The notes beneath the pieces are model-generated. The model saw only the letters and a list, made by a program, of their open reading frames with translations. It did not search any database and was not told the origin of the DNA. The position numbers were made by a program, and so were the translations under genes. A DNA stretch of 64,000 nucleotides from Mytilus edulis (Eukaryota): contig NC_092353.1 in the NCBI RefSeq assembly GCF_963676685.1, positions 18,290,001 through 18,354,000 of the forward strand, in the 5' to 3' direction. Shown here one piece after another: positions 51,807 to 64,000 of this stretch (its first letter is position 1; every line of letters begins with the position of its first letter).

Positions 51807-53517
51807 ATGAATATAACTAGCTAGTGTATGCAAAACATGCAGAAATAATATTTTATCAAAGGCTACCACAATTTTGTGCTATATATGAAGAGTTTGAAAA
51901 TTTGTTTAGACATTTGACTTTTGTTATAGACAGTCGACTCCTAATAATATATATAACGAAAACATTTACAACATTCCCCCAAAAAATAAGAAACACAAAA
52001 ATTAGACGGTACGACAGATCAACACAGCTACAAATCGCCTTATCTTCACAACGAAAAATATGGCCTCACCGATAGTTTCCATTTTGAAAACTGCATCTTC
52101 AAACCTTCCCCGAGATCCAGTAGCACGAATAGTAAAGCTATACTGCGCATCAACGTCTGGTGCTATGCCATATATCCTACTTCGATCTGATTCAAGATGT
52201 ATTCCTGGAGGGAAATCTCCAGCGACAAGGCTAAATTTTATGCTTCCTCCAGATGGTTCCTTAAAAAAAATAATCATAGTTTATATGGCATAGTTATACA
52301 AATAAAAGTTTAAAACATTACATACTTATTATATGAGTGTGTGTGTACGATTTGTTTACATTACAAATATGTGACAATAAATATTCACAACTCCATTTAT
52401 TTACTGTGTTATTTGAAAAATTTCACATTAGAAACAAAAGGATGAAGTAAAATTCTTACCTTAACTTTCAACGGTATATCAACCTCTCTGCCGCCTTCAT
52501 ACGTTCCAACAAAACCTACATGTGAATGGTTTATCCAAATCGGTGGTAAACTGTACACGATCTGAAATTATAGTAAATGGGAAATTAGTAATTCATAGTA
52601 ATTGTATTTCAATGTTAAAGAAACGTTCAAGAATGCGACAAATTATTCGAATTAGATCTTTAATTGCGTTATCTACATAAATTAAATTTTCTCGACATTA
52701 CTACAAATTAAGTTGCAGTAAAAAAAATTATATTATCTAGAATTAAGGGTTAATACGCGAACTTTGCAACAATGTTTGAGTGATAACGTTTTTCACCAAT
52801 ATATAAAGAAAATGAAAAAATAAAATAAAATCTGCCATTGAATCATTTAATAGAATCTCCATAGTATGATATTGACACATCGATTAGATCCCTGCACAAA
52901 CCTTAACTATCTCTAATAAATCGATGCCTTCAAAATAAGCTGTCCCTGTGCCATTTCCTGGATTGATGTGGATATCTCCATTTAGTCCGGACTGAAATTA
53001 CAAAATCAGAGGTTTTGCTTACACTAATAATCAAACACATTGAAATATTAATTAACCTTACTGTATGAATTTTGCGCAGAAACTATTTTGAATAATGACG
53101 TCAAGCTACAAATCCAGAAAGTATCTATGTAGCAATATAAAGTTTAAATTCACTATTTTCCCTAAAATTATCAGAGTATAGTATTTACCTCAGCTGTTAA
53201 ATTTCCCTTTTCTTGTGCAGCTACTGTTATACTTGGATAGTTCATTTGCAACACCCTAAAATCAAAAGATAATCAATAAGTATATCAAAGAGAAAAATTG
53301 AATTCATATTAAAAGTTTTACACATATAATTTTAACATTTACTTTACTTTACTACATTACATATCATATTTAGCATTCGAAAGTCGATTCGGTAATATTA
53401 AGATCTTTATTCCAAATTCTGTTAAAGTGATTGGTATAAAAAATTTACTCACTCTCCTTTAGATCCCGTAGTTATCCATATTTGTTGTAGAAAAACGAAA
53501 ATCAAACACAAAATCAT
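50132..53517 (-). CDS. Paralog C: secreted protein, cubilin-NTD-like segment + He_PIG-like Ig domain + EGF + F5/8 type C domain (357 aa, 9 exons)
   Basis: Exons 53517-53453 (MILCLIFVFLQQIWITTGSKG), 53255-53189 (VLQMNYPSITVAAQEKGNLTAE), 52991-52902 (SGLNGDIHINPGNGTGTAYFEGIDLLEIVK), 52561-52460, 52259-52070, 51755-51636 (EGF CQYEPCHNGALCNETNVGKGYECVCADFYGGKDC), 51339-51172, 50824-50694, 50272-50132 (..TARFVRFHP..PCMKVELYGCIL*). All GT-AG, 1074 nt. AATAAA at 50054-50049. Confidence 0.9.
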
Positions 53518-55039
53518 TGTTATACGGTAAACAACACGAACGTTTTACAGTTCTAAATTACATTCCTTTGTAACTGACTCAATGTTAGCTTTATTACACA
53601 CTGATGATAAGAAGGAAAGTAAAACAATGACTGTTAACTTATAAATCTTTAAACACGTTTAAGATCATAATGCAATATTTTTATTTAAATTGAATCTTTG
53701 TCGATTTTTTTTTTTCACTGATCATTTTAAAAGTTTTAAAAAATAATATGGAGGAGTGTCACTTGAATAATTACAAATTACTCTACTTGCCATGTTTTGT
53801 CTTGTGTTCTGTCGAAAATCATTGACAGCAGAAAAATGAACAGAACTCTTGTAAAAATCAGCGCGTTCTTGTCGCTTTTCAGTGTTTATCTTCATCTATA
53901 ACACCAAACATTTGAAAGAGTTTAATAAACATCCGAAAAAATTAGGAGCTATATTAACCAACAAGCTATTCGTTGGGAAGTTGGTTTCTTAAGTTCATTT
54001 TGTTTTATATTTAATGTATAGAAAGCTTAAGAAAAGTAACCACTTTGTCTGTGCGGGTTGTCCGAATATGCAATCATTTCGTGATATAAATTTTAACGTA
54101 AATCGGATGCACAGTCACGAATTGTACTCGTTATAGAAATCTTGCAACAACTAACTGAAAGGACTGTGGTAGGTATTCAAGCAAGACAAAATATCTTACA
54201 CAATGAAACTCTTATTTCCCCTTTGGCAGACCTGCATGTTTTGTTGAAAATACCTTACAATTTATATCCTCAGTAAAAATGAGAGTAATACCGAAACGGG
54301 AAAATAGATTTCGCATGAAGAGATAAAAAATAAATACTAACAAACTGCAGTAATTCACAGATTGAAAAAACAGAAATAGAAACGCAACGTGTGTTTTGAA
54401 TATTTAAAATTCAAAAGTTTAAGGAAATGCCCGTACCAAGTTAGGAATATGATAGTTACTATTAATTCGTTTGATGTGTTTGAGTGTTTGATTTTGCCAT
54501 TTGATAAATGACTTTCCGTTTTGAATTTTCCACGGAGTTAGTTCTTTTAGAAGTTTAACCGTTACAGACGCCATCATGATTTGGTTGCTCGTTATGGATA
54601 TAAACTGTGCCCCGGTTGACTACGGTTTTGTCTAAATTGTCGTAGCCATTCGTATGTACTCATTTTCCCGATTGTTAATTAAGACCGAATGAGTTATTGC
54701 CATGAGAGACACTTCGGGGGCCAACTTTAGAGCAGATTATGCTTACTCTTTCGGGTTTCCTGATAAATAAAGGCAACAGTAGTATACCGGTGTTAAAAAA
54801 TCGTATATCGATTGACAGAACACCAATCTGGGTTACAAACTAAAACCGTGGGATACGCATCAACTATAAGAGGGGAAAAGGAACAGGTACACTGAAGTGC
54901 CCCAAAAAACAAAAAAACGCCAACATACATTGAAACTTGACTTGACTTGGTACAGGACATTTCAAAAAAATAAATGGCGGGTTGAACCTGGTGTTTGGCT
55001 ACCGACCGTGCAAGAGCTGTATAGCAAGTCAAGGTCGTT

Positions 55040-55165
55040 AAATGGTAATCAAGGGTACCAGGATTATAACCCAAATACGCCAGACGAGCGCCTCGTCAGT
55101 GACGCTTATACCAATATATTTATAAAGCCAAACAAGCACACAACTGAAGAGCACCGAGGACCCAA
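55040..55165 (-). mobile_element. Retrozyme-like fragment with an internally deleted hammerhead
   Basis: Minus strand GCGTCACTGACGAG-GCGCTCGTCTGGCGT (stem II and GAAA missing). Flanks are homologous to 12945-13060. Confidence 0.55.
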
Positions 55166-56987
55166 AACTTCCTTTTGTTGTTTTATGGCTAGCCAAACCA
55201 AACCTCCCGCTTACATGACTATGTTAAAAAATATCACAAAAAAATGACAACATTAAGTGACAGAAAAGTTTAGCACAAACAAACGCAAAACACCAATAAT
55301 AGAGAACCGCACACAAAAATAATATCAAATGCAACGAACATCTTCCACCAACGACTGACAAATAGATAAACATAAAAAACAGTGACGCACTACGTAACGA
55401 ACATGCAATCTCAAACTTTATACAATTATTTTCACAATACCAGTTCAAACTTTTTTCTTGCCAACTATGGATTAAAAGGCAATTTAAAATTATTTAGACT
55501 ACAACGATAAGACATAAACATTATCCAACCGAAACCATAACAGAAACATCAAATAGAAATACATTGATGTTGGATGAACAAAATGACTGTTTTTGTTGAG
55601 TTCGTGTTGCTTATTTGTTTACTTTTTTTGTAATGTTTTATAAATTGTGTTATTTAATGGCCAAATTTTTTGTTTTAAATCTATACTTGGTATCTTCTGC
55701 CTCTTTGGCTACAGCACCTATGAAGATGTTAATTATGTGTAAAAATTGTACTTCCCTAAATTGGAGTTGCTACCAAAAATTTAAAGGAATAGCATAGAAT
55801 TCCGACCTTTTTGTACACTTATCAGCCTATTCCAGTAATAATAATCTTGACCTTTTACACCCCCAGTGTTTGGTTCGGTTTGTATTACATAGTCTCTATT
55901 TTTCTATGTTGTGTTTTTTGTACTATTTTATACATAGCTTATTTATTTTTTAGCCATGGCGTTGTCAGTTTTTTTTTTTCGATCTATGAGTATGACTGTT
56001 CCGCTGGTATTTTTCGCCCCTTTTTTATCAAATGTAAAGATAAAAAGCCGACACAAATCAAACCTCTCACTTGTGTATCAGTTGTATGTAACTCCATGCT
56101 ATGGACATCAATGTGTGAGACATACAAGTAAAAAGGGGAAAAAATGGGGAACAGCAGTCAAATTTTTGATAAAATCTAAATCAATACCAAAAGAAAAAAA
56201 TATTTCAACAAACTGAATTAGTAATACAAAAAGGCATAAAAACGCTCTTATAGACAAAATTTATCAGCAAAATTGAAAGCATAAAGGTCAATAACAGTAA
56301 ACCCACTATAATATATATATTGTATGTAAAGTGATGAACGACGAAAGTACCTAGAATATACTTGAAGGGCACCATGTAATATTTGTAGATTTGATACGGA
56401 ATAATTATCAAAAAGGTCTTGGTATCTTGAAATGATTTTTTAAAGAAAAAGACCATAATATGTTCTTCGACATAAACCTGGTTAATCAACTTTCTGCTCA
56501 AATTTCATTCAGACCTTTTTACCACAAATTAAAAGAAGCATGTGCACAATGCAGCTTGACCTCGTATATGGCTTCTGTAACATAATCTTATATCTGAAGT
56601 CTTCACTGATAATTTTGGTAGTGTTATATTATTATGTTTTAAATCATAAAAAAAGAAAGAGGTACATAAACAATTGAAGCCTTAAAATTGTGCTATCGAA
56701 AGCGTTTAAAAAAAGTTCGTTCACATAAACAGAAGCCAATCGCCGAATTGTTCTTAATGTTTAATCCATTTTTGACTTTTAGTCTTCTAGGGACATTTAA
56801 AGTGAAGAATGAAACCAACAAGCCTGCATTTAATTATCTATTTCATGATCAATTCATTATATATGTCTCCATCAATTTGTTGATAAGTTCTTGTAAAAAG
56901 AAATTTACTTGTATGTGGAAGCAAAGAATTTAAGAATTGCAAGCAATTAAAAAAGTAAAAAAATTCGGGTCAGTACTTCATTTTTAT

Positions 56988-59900
56988 TTAGCATCCATAA
57001 AGTTCGATTTTCATGCAGGGATAATATCCACTTCTGTATCCCTGAGGATGATACCGTACAAATCTCGCAAGTGTAGGACTTGGTAAACTGTCTGTGTAGG
57101 TGCTCTTCCCGCCACGGAATGTCTACAACAAAAATTTTAAAATGATTGTGGTGATGGTCAAACTTTAAATTTCATATCTAATACGATATCAATATATAAT
57201 ATGTAGATATTAAAGTCTTAATCCACATAGTTTAAAGAATTCTTTATAAATAATATTTACATAATATTATAGATATTCAACTCGATTTTAAAACATGCCG
57301 TCTGTAATATGAATAAAAATATAGCAGGAGATGTGGTAAGTCCCTAAATATAAAACAAATATTTAAACACTTGAAAGAAATATGATTTGCTAACATTACA
57401 GTAAAAATAATTACATGGATACCACTGGTATCATTGACGACTTTGAAGTTAACGCCATCCAAACTGACTGACAGAGTATAACCATCAACGTAATAGGTGC
57501 TGCTTTGGTATTGATAAAGTGTTTTGTACACTGTCTTTGGTTCTCCTGAAGAACAAAATTAGTTAGAATTTATTGTAAGATTGGTTATGTATTTGTAGTA
57601 ATTTATTGTATAAATGTTCACCTTAATTTATGGTTGTAACACTAGTATAAACAATTTCTTGATATCACTGAACCGTTCTTATTAATAAGAAATAGTTAAC
57701 CAAAACGGTACTAGAAATTTCATTACAACATGAAATAATTAATTCCCAGCAGTTCTGACAAATATGTTTTAATTGTAATATAATAATAACTACCTGTTAC
57801 TTTTCAATATGGTTTTGACCTACCCGTGTATTGAAACTTCGAAACAAAGGTAACATAATTATTACTTTACCCAAATCGACCTGTAACCAAGCGTTGTCAT
57901 TTGTACCACACCAATAACTACTCCCTGAATAACGTCCATTAGAAGCCAGTTTAGTCGACTGTGACAAGTAAGCTGACATTTGAGCATCAGGTATTTTATT
58001 TTTATATCGTACACCAAATGCATTGTTTCTGCAATCTGTGGAAAGATAACAATGAAATGAAACTTAATTGGTCATAAATTGTGATTCGTTATAATACTTG
58101 CACCAATAATCCAATTAAGAGACGCAATTTCTGCAAAAAGGTATATGAAAGGATATTGGATAAATGATTAACAGTTATTTCAAATTCAATCCTCTCATTC
58201 GAAAAAGCAAGAGACCCTTTGTAAAGTACAATGTGCGCGCAGTTAGTGCTACTACCAATATATGCGTAAATCACTCGTAAAATGACATTCAATTCAAAAC
58301 CTAAAATATTCCCGAATACATTTTGAAATAAATCAAATAATATCAGTTATACCAAAGTTTAACTCCAGTAACAAAGACGAACTATATTTTTGTATGTAAT
58401 TTCTTCTATGGAAAACGTACTGTAAAAACAATGCGCTATATAAGATCATACAATTACCAACCTATTTCACAGCTATGTCCACTGTAAGGTTCAGGACATA
58501 CACATGTATAAGTATTGTTGCTATTATCTATACATGTGCCATGGTGCTGACATGGACTTGACTTACAGTTGTCATGGGCTAAAATGAAAACGTTGTGATT
58601 ATCTATTACTTTTGAATAAGTTCTTTTAATCATTGTTCTTGAGAATTCTTTCTTTTATTTCCCAAGATTGTTACTTACTTCTTTGCAAATGAAATAATTT
58701 TAAGGAGTACTTGATATAAGGATTTTGAATTGTTGATAATTTATTTTAGAACTTTCTTTATACTATTGAATCATTTCGCAAACGTTAGTTTCGAAATAAA
58801 AAAAATGTCCGCAATCATACTCAAAATTGTTTAATTTATACACAGATTTGTTCCTTTCAATTCAATTAAAGTGGGGAACACATTATAATTGTTTTTATTT
58901 TGTTATTTCACAACAAAGATTTTGATATAGCCTTTGATTTGTTGCACAAACAATCAACAACAACTACAAAAAAAAACCACAAAAATCCCACACACGTTTC
59001 AACAAAAAGTACAATTTTAAAACATAACAAAATATATTGTCTATAGTATATGTATATCTTATTAAGAGGGCTACAAATCAGTTTTTAATCAGTCTCGTTT
59101 AAGGTCATACGATACAGTATTGCACCTGTATTGACAAGTTGATGAAAATTTGCATATAGGCTATTTTTTACCTCATTAAATCAAATATGTAATAAAAAAT
59201 ATACCGTCATGTGCTACTTTTTGAGTAAAATGAGTTCGAAATTTTGTATATTTGCTCAAAATTCAGATTTGTGTCCGTATTTTCTTTTTCGAAAGAAAGA
59301 CATAACTTTTTTGTTTTAAAAGATAAACACAAAGTGGTTTTTGTTAAATAATCGGTAATTTCTGTATTTTATAAATATTATTACAAATTATGCAATTTTT
59401 ATTCCGAAATAACTCTATATTTATCAAATGTTCATGAATAGAGGAAAAAACGTCATTTTTTGCTGCATGTTTATCAAAATTAAAAACATTGCGCTATTTA
59501 CAGTTTTATAAAATTTGGGTCACATAAACTCCTTGCAAAATGAAACAAATTGCTGTAAATAGGGGTCCATGCACTCGTTTTCAAATTAAATCAGTTTGAA
59601 TGGTAAAAATCAGTCGACAAATGCATCTTTTCCCGATATGTCAGAGTTTGACGTCGCGAAAATAACATTTTACGTTAGCAACGTCATTACATTCCCTGTT
59701 ATTAGATTAGATTGTATTTTAGTGTTAATTATCCATGTGCATTTTACTGATTCATGTCATGACTTTACATGTACAACCAGTAAAATGACAAACTATCACT
59801 GTTTCATTAAAGCTAATTTGAGATGTTTTTAATTAGAACAGATTTCATGAGTCCAACATTAGTTTTTATGATCAACAGCATTTCTTAGATGACTTACAAA

Positions 59901-62900
59901 GAACTTCCATTTTGAACACAGAATCAGCATATTTCGTTTGATTGTTGATGGCTCTAATAGTAAATGTGTAGAAACGTTCAATGTCAGGAACTACACCATT
60001 TATAAAGCCACCCGTTTCATCAAGAGTCACACCAGTTGGCAAGTCTCCACCCACCAATTTGTATTCTAATGGTCCATTTTCAGGATCCTGCAAATAAACA
60101 AAAGTCGTTAAAAATAAAATATGTATACAACTATTTTACCATAAACTTCTGTAATCCACCAAATGATTTACCATCATGTGCTGTGGAGTTAAAAATCCCT
60201 AAGATCTTTTTTAATTGAATAGGGGCTAATAAAATGTAAAAGAATGCATTTGAAGAATATTTAAATATATAGACAATACTTACTCTTGCCTCTAATTTAA
60301 CATGGATTCGCTGTCCGCCATTAAATGTTCCAAAGAATCCGTTGTGTGCATGAGGTAGCCACACTGGAGGTAATGTTTTTGCCATCTGTTCAACATGTAA
60401 TACAAAGAAAACACAATTTAATGGCGTAAATGGTATAACGGATTATACTATATCTATTTAATTTATAACCTGTGAGTATCATCTTTGTTTATATTGTAAA
60501 GGAGTTACTCGAATACAACGTGACAAGCTGTTCACTGACTGTAGCTTATGCAATCAAACAGAGTTGAACATCATTCTAAGATGATAACTTTAGTCATCAA
60601 GGGTTTTATCAAGTTTCTACGATTGAAAACTGACATCATTATTATTCGGTGTGAGCCAAGGCTCCGTGTTGAAGACCGTACATTGACCTATAATGGTTTA
60701 ATTTTATGAATTGTTATTTGGATGGAGAGTTGTCTCATAGGCTTTCATACCACATCTTCCTATATCTATCATTTCCAACGCCTCGTGCCTCATATAGGGT
60801 GAGTACATTCATATGGGTCTATGTGAACTTGTAACAAATGGTTCAAGCGGCCATAAACGACAAAGTGTAAGGCACAATGCCATAACTTGTTCAACATTCT
60901 CTCATATTTCAGTGGCAGTAGAGTGTCTCGCCTTCTAACGCGACCTTCTTTGCGGAATAGACCTTTTGTAGTAATTGATAATTGTACACATTATTTCAAT
61001 ATGCATGACATATTTGACAGTGATCGTTAACTGAAAAATAAATCAACTACCTTTTTTTCAATCAAAGAGGATTTTTGTTACCTTAATGATCTCCAAAATG
61101 TCTTCTCCATCAAATATAACTTTCCCGCCTGGTCCAGGCTCCAGATATAAATCTCTTGCAAGCCCAGACTACAATGTAAGTGCATATTAATTATCAAACT
61201 AATTTTTATACTCTTTGTTTATAATAATTGACACAAGATACATGAACAGTTTGCAGAAATCATTGGTTTAAATGTACAGTACAATTTTACTCAAATGTTG
61301 TATGCTATGCAACGATTGTTATTAATCGTTCTAAAACAAGGCTTTTTTTCTTAAATTTGATTCGTACACATCCAACTGATAATTAGAAATTAGTTGCTGG
61401 AAATAAGTGATATCTTTTGCACTTTATTTGCAATAGTTTATATGTTTAAACGGACAAGAAAACAAAGTAACTGCTATTAAGGTACCATTGTTGTAAATCA
61501 AGTTTTAGGTTGGGTTCGTGTTGCTCAGTCGTTATTCTTCTATGTTGGGTAGTAAACTGGTGTTTGCCATTGATTCGTTTTTTGCCTCTGCATTGTCAGT
61601 TTATTTCCGACCTATAAGTTTGAATGTCCCTATGGTATGTTTCGTTGTCAGTTTGTTTTAGATTTATGAGTTTGACTGTCCCTTTGGTATCTTTCGTCCC
61701 CCTTTTTTTCGCCTCTCTTATATAAAAAGCTATCAATGAGTGTATTTTTCTGTGGTTAAACTCCCATACTTAGATTTTTGAATATTTTATAAATATTTTT
61801 TTGCATTTGGCTCATTTATTTCTTTCCATTTTAAATCTAAAGGATATAGCGGAAACACTATTGCTCCCTTTCAAATAAAAAATCTTTTACCTGGAGCGTA
61901 ATGTTTCCTGTATTCTGTGCCTTTACTGTCAAATGTGGTACATTTATATCTAACACCCTAAAATATAAAAATACGATTAACTGTAGTTATACTTATTCTT
62001 CTTTTTGATGTTAAGCTTGGTTTTGCTGGGTAGAGGGTATATTATCCACCATCCATAATTTATAATATCAACCATATACAAGTACATATAAACACTTAAC
62101 AGGATCTGCTTACCCTTCCGGAGCACCTGAGATCACCCCTATTTTTTGTGTTCGTGTTGCCTTTTCTTTAGTTGTCTATGTTGTGTCATGTGTTCTATTG
62201 TTTTTCTGTTTGTCTATTTATCTTCTTTCATTTTAAGCCAGGCGTTGTCAGTTTACTTTCGATTTATGAGATTGACTATCCCTTTGGTATCTTTCGTCCC
62301 TCTTTTAACTATATACACGTGCATTGGAAAGTAAAGAGTTAAAATGTGTATGAGCAACTTGTAACATAGTCACATATACTCAAAATATGCAGTTTAAAGC
62401 AAAAAGGCAGATGTTTAGATTTAAACGACTGACATAGACAAACACAGATTGTGACAAAACCAGTTTAAATTCGATAGCGAAATGTACTCTTAAAGGCTTT
62501 TTCCCTCAAATTTGATTCGTACACATCAAACTGATAATTAGAAGTTAGTTGCTGGAAATAAGTGATGTCTTTTGGACTTTATTTGCAACTGTTTATATGT
62601 TTAGGGTTAATCCTGTCATCTTATTACTTTAAAAATTGTGTGCTCGAAACACTAGTCATTAGGTACATTTGTACGTTCATAAAAAAGATTGAAATCCAAG
62701 TATGTAAAAATTCTGAAATAATCGACGGCAATTTCAATAAAATGGACACAAAATAACAAATACATCCTAAGTCAACTTTGCCCGAGAGAATGGATCTAAA
62801 GTTTCTTTCAATTTTATTCTACATTTCAACAGAGAATTTAATAAATGTATGTATTAATCATTTTAGTATCAAAGCAATTACTACTGGGCTGAATATATCA

Positions 62901-63288
62901 TCAGTGACTACTAATTTACCAGACCATCAGCTGAATCGACCCAGCACAAGACAATGAGAATAACACGTTATAAATTTGGTTTGTCGGAAGTGCTCTTCTG
63001 CATCAAAAACGTTCAAACTTAATGAAATTAAGCAATGATGTATTATTACTTGAATGCATGATGTTATTTTACAAAAAGGGACCCGAAAGAATAGCTAAAT
63101 TAACCCAAGGTCAATATCGCCCGAGGGAGTTATCACCGTAGCTTAAAATTGTATATGTTGTTAGTATGATTTTTAAAAATGTACGTTACAATAGATATGA
63201 TACACTGTTAAACGTAAATTATTCGAACTCACCCATCATCAGCTGCACTTTTTGAGAAGAATATCAGTAAAACATACAATATCTTCAT
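56988..63288 (-). CDS. Paralog D: secreted protein, cubilin-NTD-like segment + He_PIG-like Ig domain + EGF + F5/8 type C domain (349 aa, 9 exons)
   Basis: Exons 63288-63233 (MKILYVLLIFFSKSAADD), 61957-61891 (VLDINVPHLTVKAQNTGNITLQ), 61168-61082 (SGLARDLYLEPGPGGKVIFDGEDILEIIK), 60385-60284, 60087-59898 (DPENGPLEYKLVGGDLPTGVTLDETGGFING..), 58578-58462 (EGF CKSSPCQHHGTCIDNSNNTYTCVCPEPYSGHSC), 58035-57871, 57545-57415, 57122-56988 (..LARFVRYHP..PCMKIELYGC*). All GT-AG, 1050 nt. Confidence 0.9.
62098..62306 (+). mobile_element. Short copy of the 3' tail of the Penelope-like element (non-autonomous derivative)
   Basis: CAGGATCTGCTTACCCTTCCGGAGCACCTGAGATCACCCC...CTTTCGTCCCTCTTTT is nearly identical to 19345-19547. 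Further decayed copies at ~25830-26020(-), ~40540-40715(-), ~42715-42950, ~55860-56027 and ~61505-61720. Confidence 0.8.
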
Positions 63289-64000
63289 TTTCGAAATATA
63301 ATATTTCATGAAAATATGGAAGACATCTTAAATTGGGGACATCATTCAGTTGCTTGGGAGGGATGAACAATAATAGCTTTTAAGTTGTGTAAATAAAGAT
63401 AATAATACCATAAATATATTAATTAATACAGCACATCTTTTATCTTGACATATCAAGGACCATATAATTCTGTTAATGTCTCCTTGTATACACTACACCA
63501 ACTTCCTTGTAGCTTCTGGAATTCGGTTTGCATCAGATAAGAATTTGCAACTGTTAAAACTGTCAGTCATATAACAGAACCGCCTAAGATTTTAATAAAT
63601 ATGCAAATTAGATGATTTTGATGGACCTTATATGGAAGGTACATGAAAGCTAACAGACAAAATGGCGACAACAAAATTTGTACTGCTTTTAGTTTTTCCA
63701 AGTTTGGTTTTTGGAAGGTGAGTTTTAATGCTAAAATTATATGATTAAATTCACACAAATGGTCATATAAAGCATTATTTAGAAAATAACATCGTTTACT
63801 TTTCTTCCAGACATTTTAAATTTATTTACATCGTTTTGAAATATGATGGGGTTTTTTTCGGAAAAAATTAGAGTCCTCGAGTTAAGAGTTGGTATTTATT
63901 ATACAGATTAACTTAAATAACTATAAATATTTAATAAAGAAAAAAATGTGTTTACTCTGTCATTGCAGTTTTTTCCAAATAGACTATCCCAATGTTAATA

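Noticed and set aside
53790-53935. Alternative hydrophobic first exon for paralog C (LIFTRVLFIFLLSMIF)
   Set aside because: No in-frame ATG before the hydrophobic stretch. Exon 53517-53453 has an ATG, a signal peptide, a GTGAGT donor and the correct phase.
59099-59700. TTAAGGTCATACGATAC, resembling another Kolobok-like left end
   Set aside because: No matching right TIR found. Probably a truncated TE, and its boundaries cannot be supported.

Overview
AT-rich, repeat-dense eukaryotic (animal) genomic DNA. The repeat families and hammerhead-bearing repeats suggest a bivalve mollusc, probably Mytilus-like (inference). The ORF track is mostly noise. Reading splice sites by hand gives five complete, frame-consistent multi-exon genes. 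(1) A 6-exon minus-strand gene (22904->16054, 235 aa) for a small type-I membrane protein: signal peptide, EMI domain, one EGF domain, TM helix and a tail with YQRL and PSAP motifs. (2-5) A cluster of four diverged 9-exon paralogs: A (-) 40902->25069, B (+) 42415->47241, C (-) 53517->50132 and D (-) 63288->56988, 349-365 aa. They encode secreted proteins with an unusual architecture: signal peptide, a cubilin-N-terminal-like/phage-fibre-like beta segment, a prokaryote/phage-style putative Ig (He_PIG-like) domain, EGF, and an F5/8 type C (discoidin) domain. This family is the best candidate for an undescribed system here, possibly trimeric lectin-like spikes. Also present: two ~3.9 kb non-autonomous TTAA/TIR (Kolobok-like) transposons, a decayed Penelope-like RT element and its short derivatives, retrozyme-like repeats with damaged hammerhead ribozymes, two ~2 kb minisatellites (41 bp and 59 bp units), two tiny foldback MITEs and many SINE/HINE-like repeats. 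All gene models are manual and have no transcript support.
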